Origin: Candidatus Cloacimonadales bacterium
GTDB taxonomy: Bacteria > Cloacimonadota > Cloacimonadia > Cloacimonadales > JAFGVF01
Direction: 5' to 3'
DNA: 64,000 nt
Assembly: GCA_963667035.1 (NCBI GenBank)
Contig: OY762964.1
Location: 1,952,001-2,016,000, forward strand
This document shows positions 1 through 10,816 of this stretch, one piece after another. The notes beneath the pieces are model-generated. The model worked only from the letters and a program-made list of their open reading frames with translations. It was not told the origin of the DNA and ran no database searches. Position 1 is the stretch's first letter. Each line of letters starts with the position of its first letter. Both the position numbers and the translations under genes were made by a program.

Positions 1-453
1 AGCTCTGAATATCTGGGCTATCGGAGGAAGCAATCTGAATACACTCGAGGTTTTCTTCTCTCTAATTACCTTTCCAGCCCATACAATGTTATCATATTGG
101 GCAGCTATACTTCCAAGTAGATTATCAGCATTAATATTACTACTTTCGGTAAACTCGATATCAAAAATAATCTGTTTAACACCCGCCTTTTCAAGATTCT
201 CAATCATTCTTGCATAGTACCCCCTTGGGAAAGGCCATTGAGTATCAAGCATACTGAAAGATTCATCATCCACACTTACAATAACAATGTCATTAGAAAC
301 AGGATGTTCCTCTCGCAATCTAAACAGATAATCCCAAGTCCAGAGATTGGCTTTGTGAAAAGGAGGAGTAAAGCTAAATATAAGAGTGACTGCCAATAGA
401 ATCACTACGGCAGTCACTTGAGTCCAGAAAGACTTAAAACTAATTGGTTTCAT
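1..453 (-). CDS. CHASE2-domain sensor protein, N-terminal part (continues beyond the window; probably an adenylate/guanylate cyclase or similar)
   Basis: Manual translation from ATG 453: MKPISFKSFWTQ, a TM helix, then DIVIVSVDDESF..QWPFPRGYYARMIENLEKAGVKQIIFDIEF, the CHASE2 signature. The output domain is not visible. Confidence 0.85.
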   Translation of the reverse strand, partial: MKPISFKSFWTQVTAVVILLAVTLIFSFTPPFHKANLWTWDYLFRLREEHPVSNDIVIVSVDDESFSMLDTQWPFPRGYYARMIENLEKAGVKQIIFDIEFTESSNINADNLLGSIAAQYDNIVWAGKVIREKKTSSVFRLLPPIAQIFRA

Positions 454-460
454 TTATGAG

Positions 461-2848
461 TTAGAACCTTTGTGAGATATAAAGATTCCAGTTTAATTCA
501 CTGTAATCCATATCATCGAAAGTATCATTTGTATAGTTCTTTAATCTAATGTTTGTGGAAATTCTGGTTTTAGCCCAAGGCTTATATCTTGCTCCGAAAT
601 TAAGATAAGTGAATGCCTGCTCTTCATCACCTGAGAGCATTACATACTTCATATCAGTGTAAGGTATAAGTTTGTTATCAAAGAGACCGTACTCACCCCT
701 AACACCGACAGAGTTACTTCCTGTATCGGAACTATTATCAAGAATAACACTCTCAGAGTTTGACCAACTGTAATAAAACTTGGTTGTTAGTGGCATAGTA
801 GAGAACTTATTTAACATTGTAAAGTTGATATTGTTAAGAGTAATCCCATAATCATCATTTAACTCATCAGTATTCTTACTGTTAGAATAAGTCACATTAA
901 AATGAGTTGGGGCATAAGTAAAATTCTTTAAGTAATAGTTTACACCTGCACTCATGTTTGTAGTCTTCTGATTGAACTGTTCAACCTTAGTCTCATCAAC
1001 TTCTCCAATATTAGTTGAAGAATCAAAGCTTAGATTAACTGACGTGACATCATAGTATTGGTATAATAACTGACCAAAGTATCTTTCATAAGTAGTTGTA
1101 GTTGACTTTTGCTCTGATAGGTTATCCTGATTCTGATTGTAACCACCAAAAAGATGTACAACATCAAGGATATTGATTTTATCGCTTACCGTAAGCTTAG
1201 AAACATCATTCTGTAGTCCACTTGTGGAAAGTGAGTTAAAACCTGAGCCAATCTCTTCATATTCCAAATTAATATCATTTAAGAGAAGATAAGGACGTAG
1301 AAAAGCCTTCCAAGCTACACTTGACATTCCTGGCTTATATGGTTGCATATTCTCATTAATTATGAAAATATCGTCATAAGTCTCGGGATTGATATCGAAC
1401 TCAAATCCCATAACATCTATAGAATCGAAATCAAATCTTTCTTCCATATCTTCCAGAGTAAAGGCACCATCTGTTATATTACTGTTGTAGAAACTCATTG
1501 CAACTTCCGCACCAAGACTAGACTTCTGCTCCGGTAGTGTAATCACTAAATCCGTACCTAAGACAAGATTATCTTCAGGAAAGACTGTCTGAGTAGTATC
1601 CGTTATAGTGTAAAAATTGAAGTGCTCATCTTTGAGAGAATTAACATCATCTCGAGTTTGTGACATGTGAATACCCCAAACAAAATTAGTGTGTTCACTT
1701 CTACTTGCACCCATCTCCATTCTTAAAGCGGTAATATCTCTGGCAAATGTACTGCTTTTATTCATTTCATCTTTAATAGCTCTTCTGTTTTCTCCTGTAG
1801 AATACATGATCTTGACAAAGTGGTAATCTAACTCGGTGTGAAAACCATAAACATTACTGTTATTCATGTTATAACTTGAGAAATTGGGAGTATAATCACC
1901 AAATATTACTCTTAAGAATGGGATTTCCATATCAAATCTGATTCTGTTATAGCGTTGAGTATATTCATTCTGCTTAGAGTCACGATACATGTTACCTCTA
2001 AAATCGTACCAGAAGCCTTTTCTATGAGCATTCTTAGAACGTGAATACAGGTTTAAGTTGAAAGTGGCATCGTTATCTTTGTTCGCAAGGTTAGAGTTAT
2101 CATCACTTGTAACGGAGAATACATTGGATTTGAAAGTGGCATCACCTGTTATTGATAAAGGTAGCTCAAAACTCTTTTTATCCGATATAACTTTAGTAGT
2201 ATGCTTACCTGACAGCAATAGAGTACCGTTATTATTTCTAACCTGCATCTCTGCTGTATGCATCCCGGGCTTTACATTTGGAAGTACAAGAACCATCATG
2301 TTATCTGTAGCAGTAGCTTTGGAAGTAAAATCCTTACCGTCAAAAATAACCTTAATAGTCTCTAAATTAAGCTCATCCTGTACTGAGAAGTATGAAACTG
2401 AAAATACATAATCCTCTTCTGCATCGATCTCAGTTTCAGGACTAAGAATCAAAAGCTCTTTTGACGCATTGTAACTCATTTTACCTACTGGATAGGGATG
2501 ATCGGAAGGCATAAACTTTGGCAAAGACACCATCATCTTGTTTTTAGTTTCTACCTCAAAGTAGAACTCTAGTCCTGTATCCTGAAAAGCATTTAGAGGT
2601 AACTCTGCTGTATAATCAGTATCAGCTCCTTCATCTCTATCTGCTGCAATCATCGTGTAGCTTGTCTTTCCTATTGCTCTGTAATAGAAGAAAGCATAAT
2701 CTATATCTTCTATATCCTGCATTATGGAAACACTCACTTGAACATTTCCGTTATCTAAATCCGTTATCCTTGGCTCATCAAAGATGATAACATCAGAGAA
2801 CAATTGAAGTGTAAGTACTAAGAGAACAAATATAACTATTCTTTTCAT
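461..2848 (-). CDS. Secreted protein with Ig-like N-terminal region and probable outer-membrane beta-barrel
   Basis: 795 aa, signal peptide, amphipathic beta-strand pattern in the C-terminal ~570 aa, terminal Phe (LYISQRF). Confidence 0.65.
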   Translation of the reverse strand: MKRIVIFVLLVLTLQLFSDVIIFDEPRITDLDNGNVQVSVSIMQDIEDIDYAFFYYRAIGKTSYTMIAADRDEGADTDYTAELPLNAFQDTGLEFYFEVETKNKMMVSLPKFMPSDHPYPVGKMSYNASKELLILSPETEIDAEEDYVFSVSYFSVQDELNLETIKVIFDGKDFTSKATATDNMMVLVLPNVKPGMHTAEMQVRNNNGTLLLSGKHTTKVISDKKSFELPLSITGDATFKSNVFSVTSDDNSNLANKDNDATFNLNLYSRSKNAHRKGFWYDFRGNMYRDSKQNEYTQRYNRIRFDMEIPFLRVIFGDYTPNFSSYNMNNSNVYGFHTELDYHFVKIMYSTGENRRAIKDEMNKSSTFARDITALRMEMGASRSEHTNFVWGIHMSQTRDDVNSLKDEHFNFYTITDTTQTVFPEDNLVLGTDLVITLPEQKSSLGAEVAMSFYNSNITDGAFTLEDMEERFDFDSIDVMGFEFDINPETYDDIFIINENMQPYKPGMSSVAWKAFLRPYLLLNDINLEYEEIGSGFNSLSTSGLQNDVSKLTVSDKINILDVVHLFGGYNQNQDNLSEQKSTTTTYERYFGQLLYQYYDVTSVNLSFDSSTNIGEVDETKVEQFNQKTTNMSAGVNYYLKNFTYAPTHFNVTYSNSKNTDELNDDYGITLNNINFTMLNKFSTMPLTTKFYYSWSNSESVILDNSSDTGSNSVGVRGEYGLFDNKLIPYTDMKYVMLSGDEEQAFTYLNFGARYKPWAKTRISTNIRLKNYTNDTFDDMDYSELNWNLYISQRF

Positions 2849-2851
2849 ATC

Positions 2852-3532
2852 TTACTCCTCAATCTCAAGTTCAATATACCTAATATTGCCTTCTGCATCA
2901 CGAAGCGGAACTTTAATCTTCTGAGTTCCCTCAATATCACCTTTAATGTAATCCATAATCTCAGCATTTAACTTAGGAGTAGGACCAATGTTAACCTCGC
3001 CATCCGAACGTGACTCTGCTGTATTACCGGGTTCCAGATTAAACTTCTTACCGGTAATTGTATTTTGGATTTCAAGCAATCCCTTAAACATGTGAATCCA
3101 AGTTGTTCCTTCCGGATCAATAATAGTCAGAAATGAAGTTCCTTTAACAGAAGCTACCGTATTGCTAGTTTCCAGCCTGTATTGATCCTTCATGTGACTA
3201 TTTATTTTTGAGAATACCTGACCGGCTTCAAGTTTAACTTTCTTTGAAAGTAATTCTCCGTTTCTTGTTCCATTGATTGTTACAATACTCCAAGGGAATA
3301 CTTTAACCAATGAGCCATTATCAGTGTACTTTACTGCTGCATAAGATTTACCACCTGTAGATAACTTATCATTATTAACAAGTAGCCCACCTTTTTTAAC
3401 CGTTGTCTCCTCCTGTTGCTCTCTTTGCAATGTAACGTCACCTTTAGCTTGAAACAATAATGCAACAGGATTCTCTGCAAACAGGAAAGTCATAGTTATC
3501 AGTATAAATGTTATAATATATATCTTTTTCAT
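2852..3532 (-). CDS. FecR-domain periplasmic protein
   Basis: Signal peptide; motifs DKLSTGGKSYAAV and LETSNTVASVKGTSF typical of the FecR domain. Confidence 0.8.
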   Translation of the reverse strand: MKKIYIITFILITMTFLFAENPVALLFQAKGDVTLQREQQEETTVKKGGLLVNNDKLSTGGKSYAAVKYTDNGSLVKVFPWSIVTINGTRNGELLSKKVKLEAGQVFSKINSHMKDQYRLETSNTVASVKGTSFLTIIDPEGTTWIHMFKGLLEIQNTITGKKFNLEPGNTAESRSDGEVNIGPTPKLNAEIMDYIKGDIEGTQKIKVPLRDAEGNIRYIELEIEE

Positions 3533-3540
3533 GCTTCCCC

Positions 3541-4635
3541 CTATTCCTCAATACTTACTGTAACAGGTTTTCTGATAAATTCTCTTAGTTTTTCAACTGC
3601 AGCCTTTCCAGAAAGCCAGTTCTCGTCTGTTACTACCTGTTGGGTAGGTATCATTCCATCTTCAAGAAGTGCATTAATCTCAGCATTATTGAGTAATTTA
3701 AGTAATTCGACAATCTTAACACTTATCTGATTTGCCTCAGAGGAAGTATCTTCAACATACCTGAAAACATTATAGTCACTTTCAAGTGCTAGTTCATGAT
3801 TGTTTGAAGAGCTTTCTGTTACTAGTCCGGTAGAGACTTTCCAAGCATAATAATAACCATCGGTAAAAGGTAAGAACATTGCAAATGAGTTTGATGTTAA
3901 TCCTTCCGCTTCATAGAACATTCTTCCTGCACTATCCAAATTTCTTGATGTTAACTCATCCTTTGCTTCAAACTCTTTTATTACAATAGAGAAATCATTT
4001 AATCCTACCAGATTAGTTTGCCAACTATAGAGAACTGTATTATTGCTTACATCAGGAATCATCCTTCCCTGCGGATTACCGGGCTGATTGAGAAATATAG
4101 CATTTGAATTGGTGACATTGAAAGTAAAGGTTGCAGGAGAACCCAATGAGATATTGTTATTACTATAATCTATAGCCTCTAAGGTAATAATAAAGGTACC
4201 ATCCGGTAATAAACCTGTATTCAATATAACGTCTTCAAATGTAGGAGCAATATCAAATATGTGGTCCAAAGAAAGAGATTCTTTTGCCTCTTTAAACCAA
4301 ATAGAACCATCACTATCAAGTATATCTCTGTTTGTTATTGAAATGGAATTCATCTCAAAAGTCTGATCTTTAGCATCCATGACAGAACTATACAATTCAA
4401 GCCCGTCCCAAGTAAAAGATAAACTTAGAGCAAATTCTCCCAAACTCTCTCCCGGTATATCATTACTGATTGTACCACTAAACAGTATGGGTTGCCCTTC
4501 AGGAACTTCCGGATCTAACTGCCCTATATTGAAGCGATTATAATCCATACTATTTGGAGATATATTAATATTGATCGAAGCAATCAAACCCATTGCTACT
4601 GCTAAACCTATAAAAATAAGCAATATTCTTTTCAT
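3541..4635 (-). CDS. Secreted hypothetical protein, beta-sandwich-like
   Basis: 364 aa ORF with signal peptide; tightly spaced between ddl and the FecR gene. Confidence 0.6.
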   Translation of the reverse strand: MKRILLIFIGLAVAMGLIASININISPNSMDYNRFNIGQLDPEVPEGQPILFSGTISNDIPGESLGEFALSLSFTWDGLELYSSVMDAKDQTFEMNSISITNRDILDSDGSIWFKEAKESLSLDHIFDIAPTFEDVILNTGLLPDGTFIITLEAIDYSNNNISLGSPATFTFNVTNSNAIFLNQPGNPQGRMIPDVSNNTVLYSWQTNLVGLNDFSIVIKEFEAKDELTSRNLDSAGRMFYEAEGLTSNSFAMFLPFTDGYYYAWKVSTGLVTESSSNNHELALESDYNVFRYVEDTSSEANQISVKIVELLKLLNNAEINALLEDGMIPTQQVVTDENWLSGKAAVEKLREFIRKPVTVSIEE

Positions 4636-5555
4636 TATTCCCCCTTTAGTCCGAAGTCAATAATTGTCTTCAGAAGGTCTTTAAAATCTATCCCGTCAGC
4701 CTTTACAGACATCGGAGTCAAGCTTAATTCCGTCATTCCAGGAAGTGTATTTACTTCCAGTAGATAGAATTTATTTCCGTCATATCTGAAATCTATTCTC
4801 GCATATCCCTTACAATAGCATCGCTTGAATAGTTTTTCAGCATAAGATTGTATAACTTCAACTTCCTGCTCTTCCAGTTCAGCCGGAGCAATATACTCTG
4901 TATTACCGGAAGTATACTTATTCTTGTAATCATACCAACCCTGCTTAGGCTTAATCTCCACAACAGGTTTGGCTTCGCCTCCTATTATTGTAACAGTTAA
5001 TTCTCTTCCCGGAATAAACTGTTCTATCAAAACATTATCATCATACTTGAATGCTTCGGTTATTGCTTGAGAAATGTCATTCTTAGAGTTAACCAGAGAT
5101 ATACCTACTGACGAACCTGCTGAGTTCGGCTTAACAATCAATGGACAGCCTATCTCCTCAATCTCTACATCTTCTATAGTATCCCCTTTCTGCAAGAGAA
5201 TATCTTTTGCAATAGGTAAACCGCAGTCTTTTGCAATCAACTTGGTAAGATGCTTATCCATAGTAATCATGCAAGCATTGGATGGACTACCGGTAAACTT
5301 AAATCCGGTCATTTCAAGAATGGCTTGAATCTTTCCATTCTCTCCAACTCCTCCGTGCAACCCGTTAAATATGATATCTGGATTTAAATCTTTAAGAATA
5401 GCTATAAAATCTTCTATGTGCTGATATTCAGAGGTATCAATTGACTCTACATCATACCCGTCTTTGGTTAGCCGGCTAGCTATATTCCTTGCTGAAATCA
5501 GCGATATTTCTCGTTCAGGAGAGTCTCCTCCTGACAAAACAACAATTTTATTCAT
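4635..5555 (-). CDS. ddl: D-alanine--D-alanine ligase
   Basis: Motifs GGDSPEREISL, LHGGVGENG, GSSVG, YDYKNKY, LEVNTLPGMT. Confidence 0.95.
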   Translation of the reverse strand: MNKIVVLSGGDSPEREISLISARNIASRLTKDGYDVESIDTSEYQHIEDFIAILKDLNPDIIFNGLHGGVGENGKIQAILEMTGFKFTGSPSNACMITMDKHLTKLIAKDCGLPIAKDILLQKGDTIEDVEIEEIGCPLIVKPNSAGSSVGISLVNSKNDISQAITEAFKYDDNVLIEQFIPGRELTVTIIGGEAKPVVEIKPKQGWYDYKNKYTSGNTEYIAPAELEEQEVEVIQSYAEKLFKRCYCKGYARIDFRYDGNKFYLLEVNTLPGMTELSLTPMSVKADGIDFKDLLKTIIDFGLKGE

Positions 5556-5650
5556 ATAACACCTCTATATAAGTTTATAATCGGTAGAGAGATGTCAAGC
5601 AAAATGTATTTGCTTTGTTTATCGGTTTATAATGGGTTGATATAAATGCC

Positions 5651-5672
5651 AAAAGGGCACGGTAACGTGCCC
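5651..5672 (-). terminator. Intrinsic terminator after the Fe-S oxidoreductase operon
   Basis: GGGCACG-N4-CGTGCCC followed by TTTT on the minus strand. Confidence 0.65.
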
Positions 5673-5696
5673 CTACTATGTATATGACCAAATATT

Positions 5697-8600
5697 TTAA
5701 GGTTTCAACTTCTTGATTGCTTTCTTATTTAGTACTGTAATCGGTTTTGCCGATTCATCTTCCCATTTGTATGACAGTATCAATTCATTAAGCTGATTCT
5801 TGTCAAATCCATGAGTACATCCGGTACAAATACCTTTTCCCATACGAGCTAGTTCAACCCAATAATCAACACTATTCTCTTCATCTTTTAACCATCCGGC
5901 TTGATGGAAGATATTGAGCATATCAGTCATCTTATTAGATTTCTTCACATTATGGAATACTGTCTTTCTGAATCCGTCTGCATAAGCAGAACCTTCCATT
6001 TCGAGATAGGTAGGTCTTGGTATAGCAACGTCAACATTATCGGGCTGGAATTGATTAATCGCAAGAGTAAACCCATTATCAACCTGAGGTGTTTCACCGT
6101 AGTATATAGCAAAATCTACTTTACTCTCGGAAACCGGTTTAACATCATTATACCTCATTCCTAGAGTATTTGAGAAGTTAGATGTTACCATTACACCTGA
6201 ACCTTTCGAGAAATCACAAATGGTTTTTGCTAATTTCCAGGTTAGTTTTGCAACTTTCTCAGAGACGTTGTCTCGATTGTATATAACAACCATCTTCTGA
6301 TTAAAGTCTATACAATTAGGTTCACACTTAGGTTTGTTCTCATAACAATCAAGTGTATGTTCAAGAGCGGTTTTAGGATTATACTTGGCATAGAAATCAA
6401 CCAATTTTGTGAATCCGATCTCTTCCTCATTAATCCAATATAGTTTCTTGCCTTTTAACTGTAAGTTTCTGAGTACACTTCTAAGCGAAAGGTTTATATC
6501 ACCGACAACATAAAAAGCATCAGTCTCCAGTAAGTCACTATATTGCTTAATAAAGCCTGCAGGGATCTCATCGGATATATCATTACATAATGAGAGTGAA
6601 CCTATTTCAGCTCCTATCCTGCTTGCGATAGTCTGAGTTAACGCTAACTCTTCCAGAGTAGCATCCGGAGAGACATAGAGCATTTTACTCTTTGCCGAAG
6701 AGCTTTTCTCTTGAAGCATTTGAGCAGTGAACGCAGGAATAGTCTCTTTGTTTTTATAAAGAGCAGTCTTCAAGCTATCATCAGCATCATAAGCCTGCCA
6801 ACCGAATCTACCGGCAAAGCAAATGTTTCTCAGATTATCTCCCTGTTCTTCAGGAGTCTCAATAAACTTTATCTTACCATCATAAGACTTAACGTTTATC
6901 TTACAGCCATTACCGCAAGAGCCACAGTTTTGAATAGTTTCCTCTGCTCCCTTAGGATTCATCTTATAATTTATATTCTTAGGAAGTAATGCTCCGACAG
7001 GACAGACTTCAATACATTTTCCGCATGTCTCACAGCTTGTCTCGGATAAGTCACCGCCGAATTCAGGAGCAACATAGGTTGGGAATCCTCTATAGATAAA
7101 TCCAAGCACTCCGGCTCCCTGAATCTCGGCACATACTCTTACGCAACGTCCGCATTTAACACATTTATTTGCATCATGTAGAATAAACGGATGTGTTGAC
7201 TCTACCGGATGCTTATTGCGACTTCCTGCGTATGCATAAGCATCAACACCATATTCAGTAGCATAGCGTCTTAAATCACATGTTTCATTAACCTGACATC
7301 CGCATTCAAGACAACGTTCAGCTTCTTTTATTCCGGATTCTCGTTCATAATCGAACTCAACCTCATTAAAAGTTGATACTCTTTCGTTTACAGGAAGTTC
7401 AGGCATTTTAACTTTATCTTTTTTCTCGAACTGCTCGAAATATTCAGGTTCAATGTCTTTTAATTTCTTCTCTTTCTTCGAATCAAATTGAACTACAGGA
7501 GCCATCATCTGACCTTGAAGGAAATTATCTATAGCATTGGCAGCTTTCTTACCATCAGCAATAGCTTCAACCGCAGTTGCAGGTCCTCGCTGGAAATCAC
7601 CGCCTGCAAAGATATTCTCAACACCCCAATACATTGTAACTTCATCTACAACAGCCGTTGACCACTTGGATACAGGCAACTGTTTGCCATTAATATAATT
7701 ATCTTCTTCACCGAGGAATGTAATCTCAGGGGCTTGAGAAACTGCCGCTATGATAGAATCAAACTGCACATCGAAAAATTCACCGGACGCTTGAGGTCTT
7801 CTTCTTCCACTGGCATCAGGTTCTCCAAGAACCATTTTCTCAAGCTTCACAGTCTCTAATCTACCATCTTTATTAGGAAGCAGTTTGGCAGGATTAGTTA
7901 AGAAAAGGAATTTTACTCCCTCTTCCTCTGCCGCATCAATTTCATATGATTCAGCAGGCATCTCATTACGAGTTCGTCTGTATATCAGAGTAGTATCGCA
8001 ACCAAGCCTTACGGCTGTTCTAGCACAATCTATCGCTGTATTTCCTCCACCGACTATAGCACATTTTTTACCTAAATCAGTCTTTTTACCTTTTACAGTA
8101 GCTTTAAGGAAATCAACTCCAAGATGTACTCCCTCAATATTCGAACCTTCAGTTCTGAGAGGGACAGCATTCAAAGCACCAAGTGCCATATAGACAGCAT
8201 CATATTCCTTTGCCAGTTCTGGTAATTTTATATCTCTACCGACAAATGTATTATACTGAATCTCCATTCCATTGGCACACATTAAATCTATTTCTTTCTG
8301 AAGAATCTCTTTAGGTAACCGATACTCGGGAATACCATATCTAAGCCAACCTCCGGCTTTATCTTCAGCTTCAAAGACTTTTACATCATAACCACGATTT
8401 GAGAGATAATATCCGGCAGATAAACCGGATGGTCCGCTACCAATGATAGCAACTTTCTTACCTTTAGACGGTGCTTTCTCAGGAACAAACGGATTCTCCA
8501 AATCAATATCTGCAGCATGACGCTTAAGCTGTCTGATAGCTATCGATTCATCGACAACCGACCTACGACACTCTTGCTCACAGAAAGCAGGACATACACG

Positions 8601-9029
8601 ACCTATTGACAATGGCATCGGTAAGTTTTCTTTTATTACTTTCACAGCTTCCGTATACTGCCCGTTTGCAATTAAAGAGACATAAGTCTGAACATCAACT
8701 CCGGCAGGACAAGCCACTTTACATGGGGCTTCACAATCTGCATAGTGATCGGAGAGAAGAAGCTCAAGAGCTGTTTTCCTCGCATCCATTACATCAGAAG
8801 AATTAGTTTCAATCTCCATACCTTCATAGATGTTAGTTCCGCAAGCAGTAACAAATCCGGGACGTCCTACCAGTTTTACTGCACACACCCAGCAAGAGCC
8901 AAAAGGTTTCAGTTCTTCATCATGACAAAGAGTAGGAACTTCAATTCCATGCTCATTACATACTGCAAGTATTGTCTTAGTACAATCTACCTGTATCTTT
9001 TTACCGTTTAATGTAATATTTATCATCAT
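5697..9029 (-). CDS. StnC-like large subunit: NuoG-type 2Fe-2S + GltD-like FAD/NADP domain + 4Fe-4S clusters + degenerate molybdopterin-like tail
   Basis: PTLCH..CWVC..TAC; CEAPCKVACPAG; GSGPSG; GGGNTAIDCAR; YRRT (NADP-type); CVKCGRCVRVC; CETCGKCIEVCPVG; CGSCGNGC. Confidence 0.85.
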   Translation of the reverse strand: MMINITLNGKKIQVDCTKTILAVCNEHGIEVPTLCHDEELKPFGSCWVCAVKLVGRPGFVTACGTNIYEGMEIETNSSDVMDARKTALELLLSDHYADCEAPCKVACPAGVDVQTYVSLIANGQYTEAVKVIKENLPMPLSIGRVCPAFCEQECRRSVVDESIAIRQLKRHAADIDLENPFVPEKAPSKGKKVAIIGSGPSGLSAGYYLSNRGYDVKVFEAEDKAGGWLRYGIPEYRLPKEILQKEIDLMCANGMEIQYNTFVGRDIKLPELAKEYDAVYMALGALNAVPLRTEGSNIEGVHLGVDFLKATVKGKKTDLGKKCAIVGGGNTAIDCARTAVRLGCDTTLIYRRTRNEMPAESYEIDAAEEEGVKFLFLTNPAKLLPNKDGRLETVKLEKMVLGEPDASGRRRPQASGEFFDVQFDSIIAAVSQAPEITFLGEEDNYINGKQLPVSKWSTAVVDEVTMYWGVENIFAGGDFQRGPATAVEAIADGKKAANAIDNFLQGQMMAPVVQFDSKKEKKLKDIEPEYFEQFEKKDKVKMPELPVNERVSTFNEVEFDYERESGIKEAERCLECGCQVNETCDLRRYATEYGVDAYAYAGSRNKHPVESTHPFILHDANKCVKCGRCVRVCAEIQGAGVLGFIYRGFPTYVAPEFGGDLSETSCETCGKCIEVCPVGALLPKNINYKMNPKGAEETIQNCGSCGNGCKINVKSYDGKIKFIETPEEQGDNLRNICFAGRFGWQAYDADDSLKTALYKNKETIPAFTAQMLQEKSSSAKSKMLYVSPDATLEELALTQTIASRIGAEIGSLSLCNDISDEIPAGFIKQYSDLLETDAFYVVGDINLSLRSVLRNLQLKGKKLYWINEEEIGFTKLVDFYAKYNPKTALEHTLDCYENKPKCEPNCIDFNQKMVVIYNRDNVSEKVAKLTWKLAKTICDFSKGSGVMVTSNFSNTLGMRYNDVKPVSESKVDFAIYYGETPQVDNGFTLAINQFQPDNVDVAIPRPTYLEMEGSAYADGFRKTVFHNVKKSNKMTDMLNIFHQAGWLKDEENSVDYWVELARMGKGICTGCTHGFDKNQLNELILSYKWEDESAKPITVLNKKAIKKLKP

Positions 9030-9038
9030 GCAACCCCT

Positions 9039-10808
9039 TTACACCTTTGATATTGCTTGGAAACGACAAGCATCGTAACAAGCTCCACATTTAATACATT
9101 TATCCTGGTCAATAACGTGTGGCTGTTTCACGGAACCACTTATTGCATCTGTAGGACATTTTCTGGCACAGGCGGTACAGCCTACGCATTTATCCGTAAT
9201 AACTTCATATTTGAGTAGAGCCGTGCAAACGCCTGCCGGACATCTCTTTTCTTTAATATGAGCTTCATATTCGTGTCTAAAATATTTAATTGTTGTAAGT
9301 ACAGGATTAGGAGCACTTTTACCCAATCCGCAAAGAGATGTGTTGATAATCTTATGTGAAAGCTCAAGAAGCTTATCAATATCTTCCATCTCACCTTTAC
9401 CTTCCGTAATACGGGTTAGAATCTCAAGCATTCGCTTGGTTCCAACTCTACAGAAAGTACATTTACCACATGATTCGTTCTGTGTGAAGTTTAGGAAAAA
9501 TCTTGCAATATCAACCATACAGGTTGAAGTATCCATCACAACCATACCACCCGAGCCCATGATTGCTCCGGTCTTGGTAATAGATTCGTAGTCAATGTGA
9601 GTATCAATCAATTCGGCAGGAATACATCCGCCTGAAGGTCCGCCAAGCTGAACTGCTTTGAATGGTTTCTCTTCCTTCATTCCACCACCGACTTTATAAA
9701 TAACGTCTCTAATTGTTAATCCCATCGGTACTTCTATGAGTCCGCTATTTCTGATTTTCCCCGCAAGAGCAAAGACTTTGGTTCCTTTACTTTTCTCAGT
9801 ACCGAATTTAGCATACTCCTCTGCTCCGTTGTATATAATCCAAGGTATGTTGGCATAGGTCTCAACGTTATTATTGTTGGTTGGTTTCTTCCATAGTCCC
9901 GATTGAGCCGGGAATGGCGGTCTTAAGCGAGGCATCCCTCGTTCACCTTCAATAGAAGCAATAAGAGCAGTTTCTTCACCGCAAACAAAGGCACCTGCAC
10001 CTTCCTTAACATGAAGGTCAAAGGAGAAGTCGGTTCCTAGAATATTATTACCTAAATACCCTTTTTCTTCCGCATCTTTTATAGCTTTCTTTAAGTGTTT
10101 AACTGCTAGCGGATATTCAGCACGACAGTATATATAGCCTTCATCCGCACCTATAGTATAAGCACAAATTGCCATGCCTTCAAGAATACTGTGTGGATCA
10201 CCTTCAAGCACAGAGCGATCCATGAAAGCTCCCGGATCACCTTCATCGGCATTACAGATCACATACTTCTTCTTATTCTTTGCATCATAGGCAAACTGCC
10301 ATTTCATACCGGTACTGAATCCGGCACCACCTCTACCTCGAAGACCTGATTTCTTAATCTCATCAATAACCTCGGTAGCTTTCATCTCTTTGATTACTTT
10401 TTCGAGAGCTTTATAACCGCTATTAGCAAGATAATAATTAAGATTCTCAGGGTCAATCACACCGCAGTTTCTAAGGACGATGCGTTCTTGTGCCTGATAA
10501 GTAGCGTTTTCCGCACATTCGTAGTCCTGAGATATGATTGCTTTTTGCAGAAGAGGTTTTCCTTCCAGAATACCTTCTATTATTTCGGGCATATCTTTAG
10601 GTTCAAGATAACCGTAAGTTATGCTCTGATTGTTTCCATATTTAAATTCGACTACCGGTTCGGCAAAACACATTCCGATACATCCGGTTTTCTCCAACAC
10701 GGCATCATAATTGTTCTTTTTAATCAGGGTCTCGACTTCCTGATATATATCCCCGGCACCGGCTGCAAGTCCGCAACTGGCAACTCCCACTTTAATTGTA
10801 ATAGCCAT
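9039..10808 (-). CDS. NuoF/HydB-like FMN/NADH-binding Fe-S subunit (StnB/BfuB type)
   Basis: GLRGRGGAGF, CNADEGDPGAFMDR, FVCGEETAL, ESCGKCTFCRVG, N-terminal thioredoxin-like 2Fe-2S domain, C-terminal 2x4Fe-4S. Confidence 0.92.
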   Translation of the reverse strand: MAITIKVGVASCGLAAGAGDIYQEVETLIKKNNYDAVLEKTGCIGMCFAEPVVEFKYGNNQSITYGYLEPKDMPEIIEGILEGKPLLQKAIISQDYECAENATYQAQERIVLRNCGVIDPENLNYYLANSGYKALEKVIKEMKATEVIDEIKKSGLRGRGGAGFSTGMKWQFAYDAKNKKKYVICNADEGDPGAFMDRSVLEGDPHSILEGMAICAYTIGADEGYIYCRAEYPLAVKHLKKAIKDAEEKGYLGNNILGTDFSFDLHVKEGAGAFVCGEETALIASIEGERGMPRLRPPFPAQSGLWKKPTNNNNVETYANIPWIIYNGAEEYAKFGTEKSKGTKVFALAGKIRNSGLIEVPMGLTIRDVIYKVGGGMKEEKPFKAVQLGGPSGGCIPAELIDTHIDYESITKTGAIMGSGGMVVMDTSTCMVDIARFFLNFTQNESCGKCTFCRVGTKRMLEILTRITEGKGEMEDIDKLLELSHKIINTSLCGLGKSAPNPVLTTIKYFRHEYEAHIKEKRCPAGVCTALLKYEVITDKCVGCTACARKCPTDAISGSVKQPHVIDQDKCIKCGACYDACRFQAISKV

Positions 10809-10816
10809 GCATCCCC

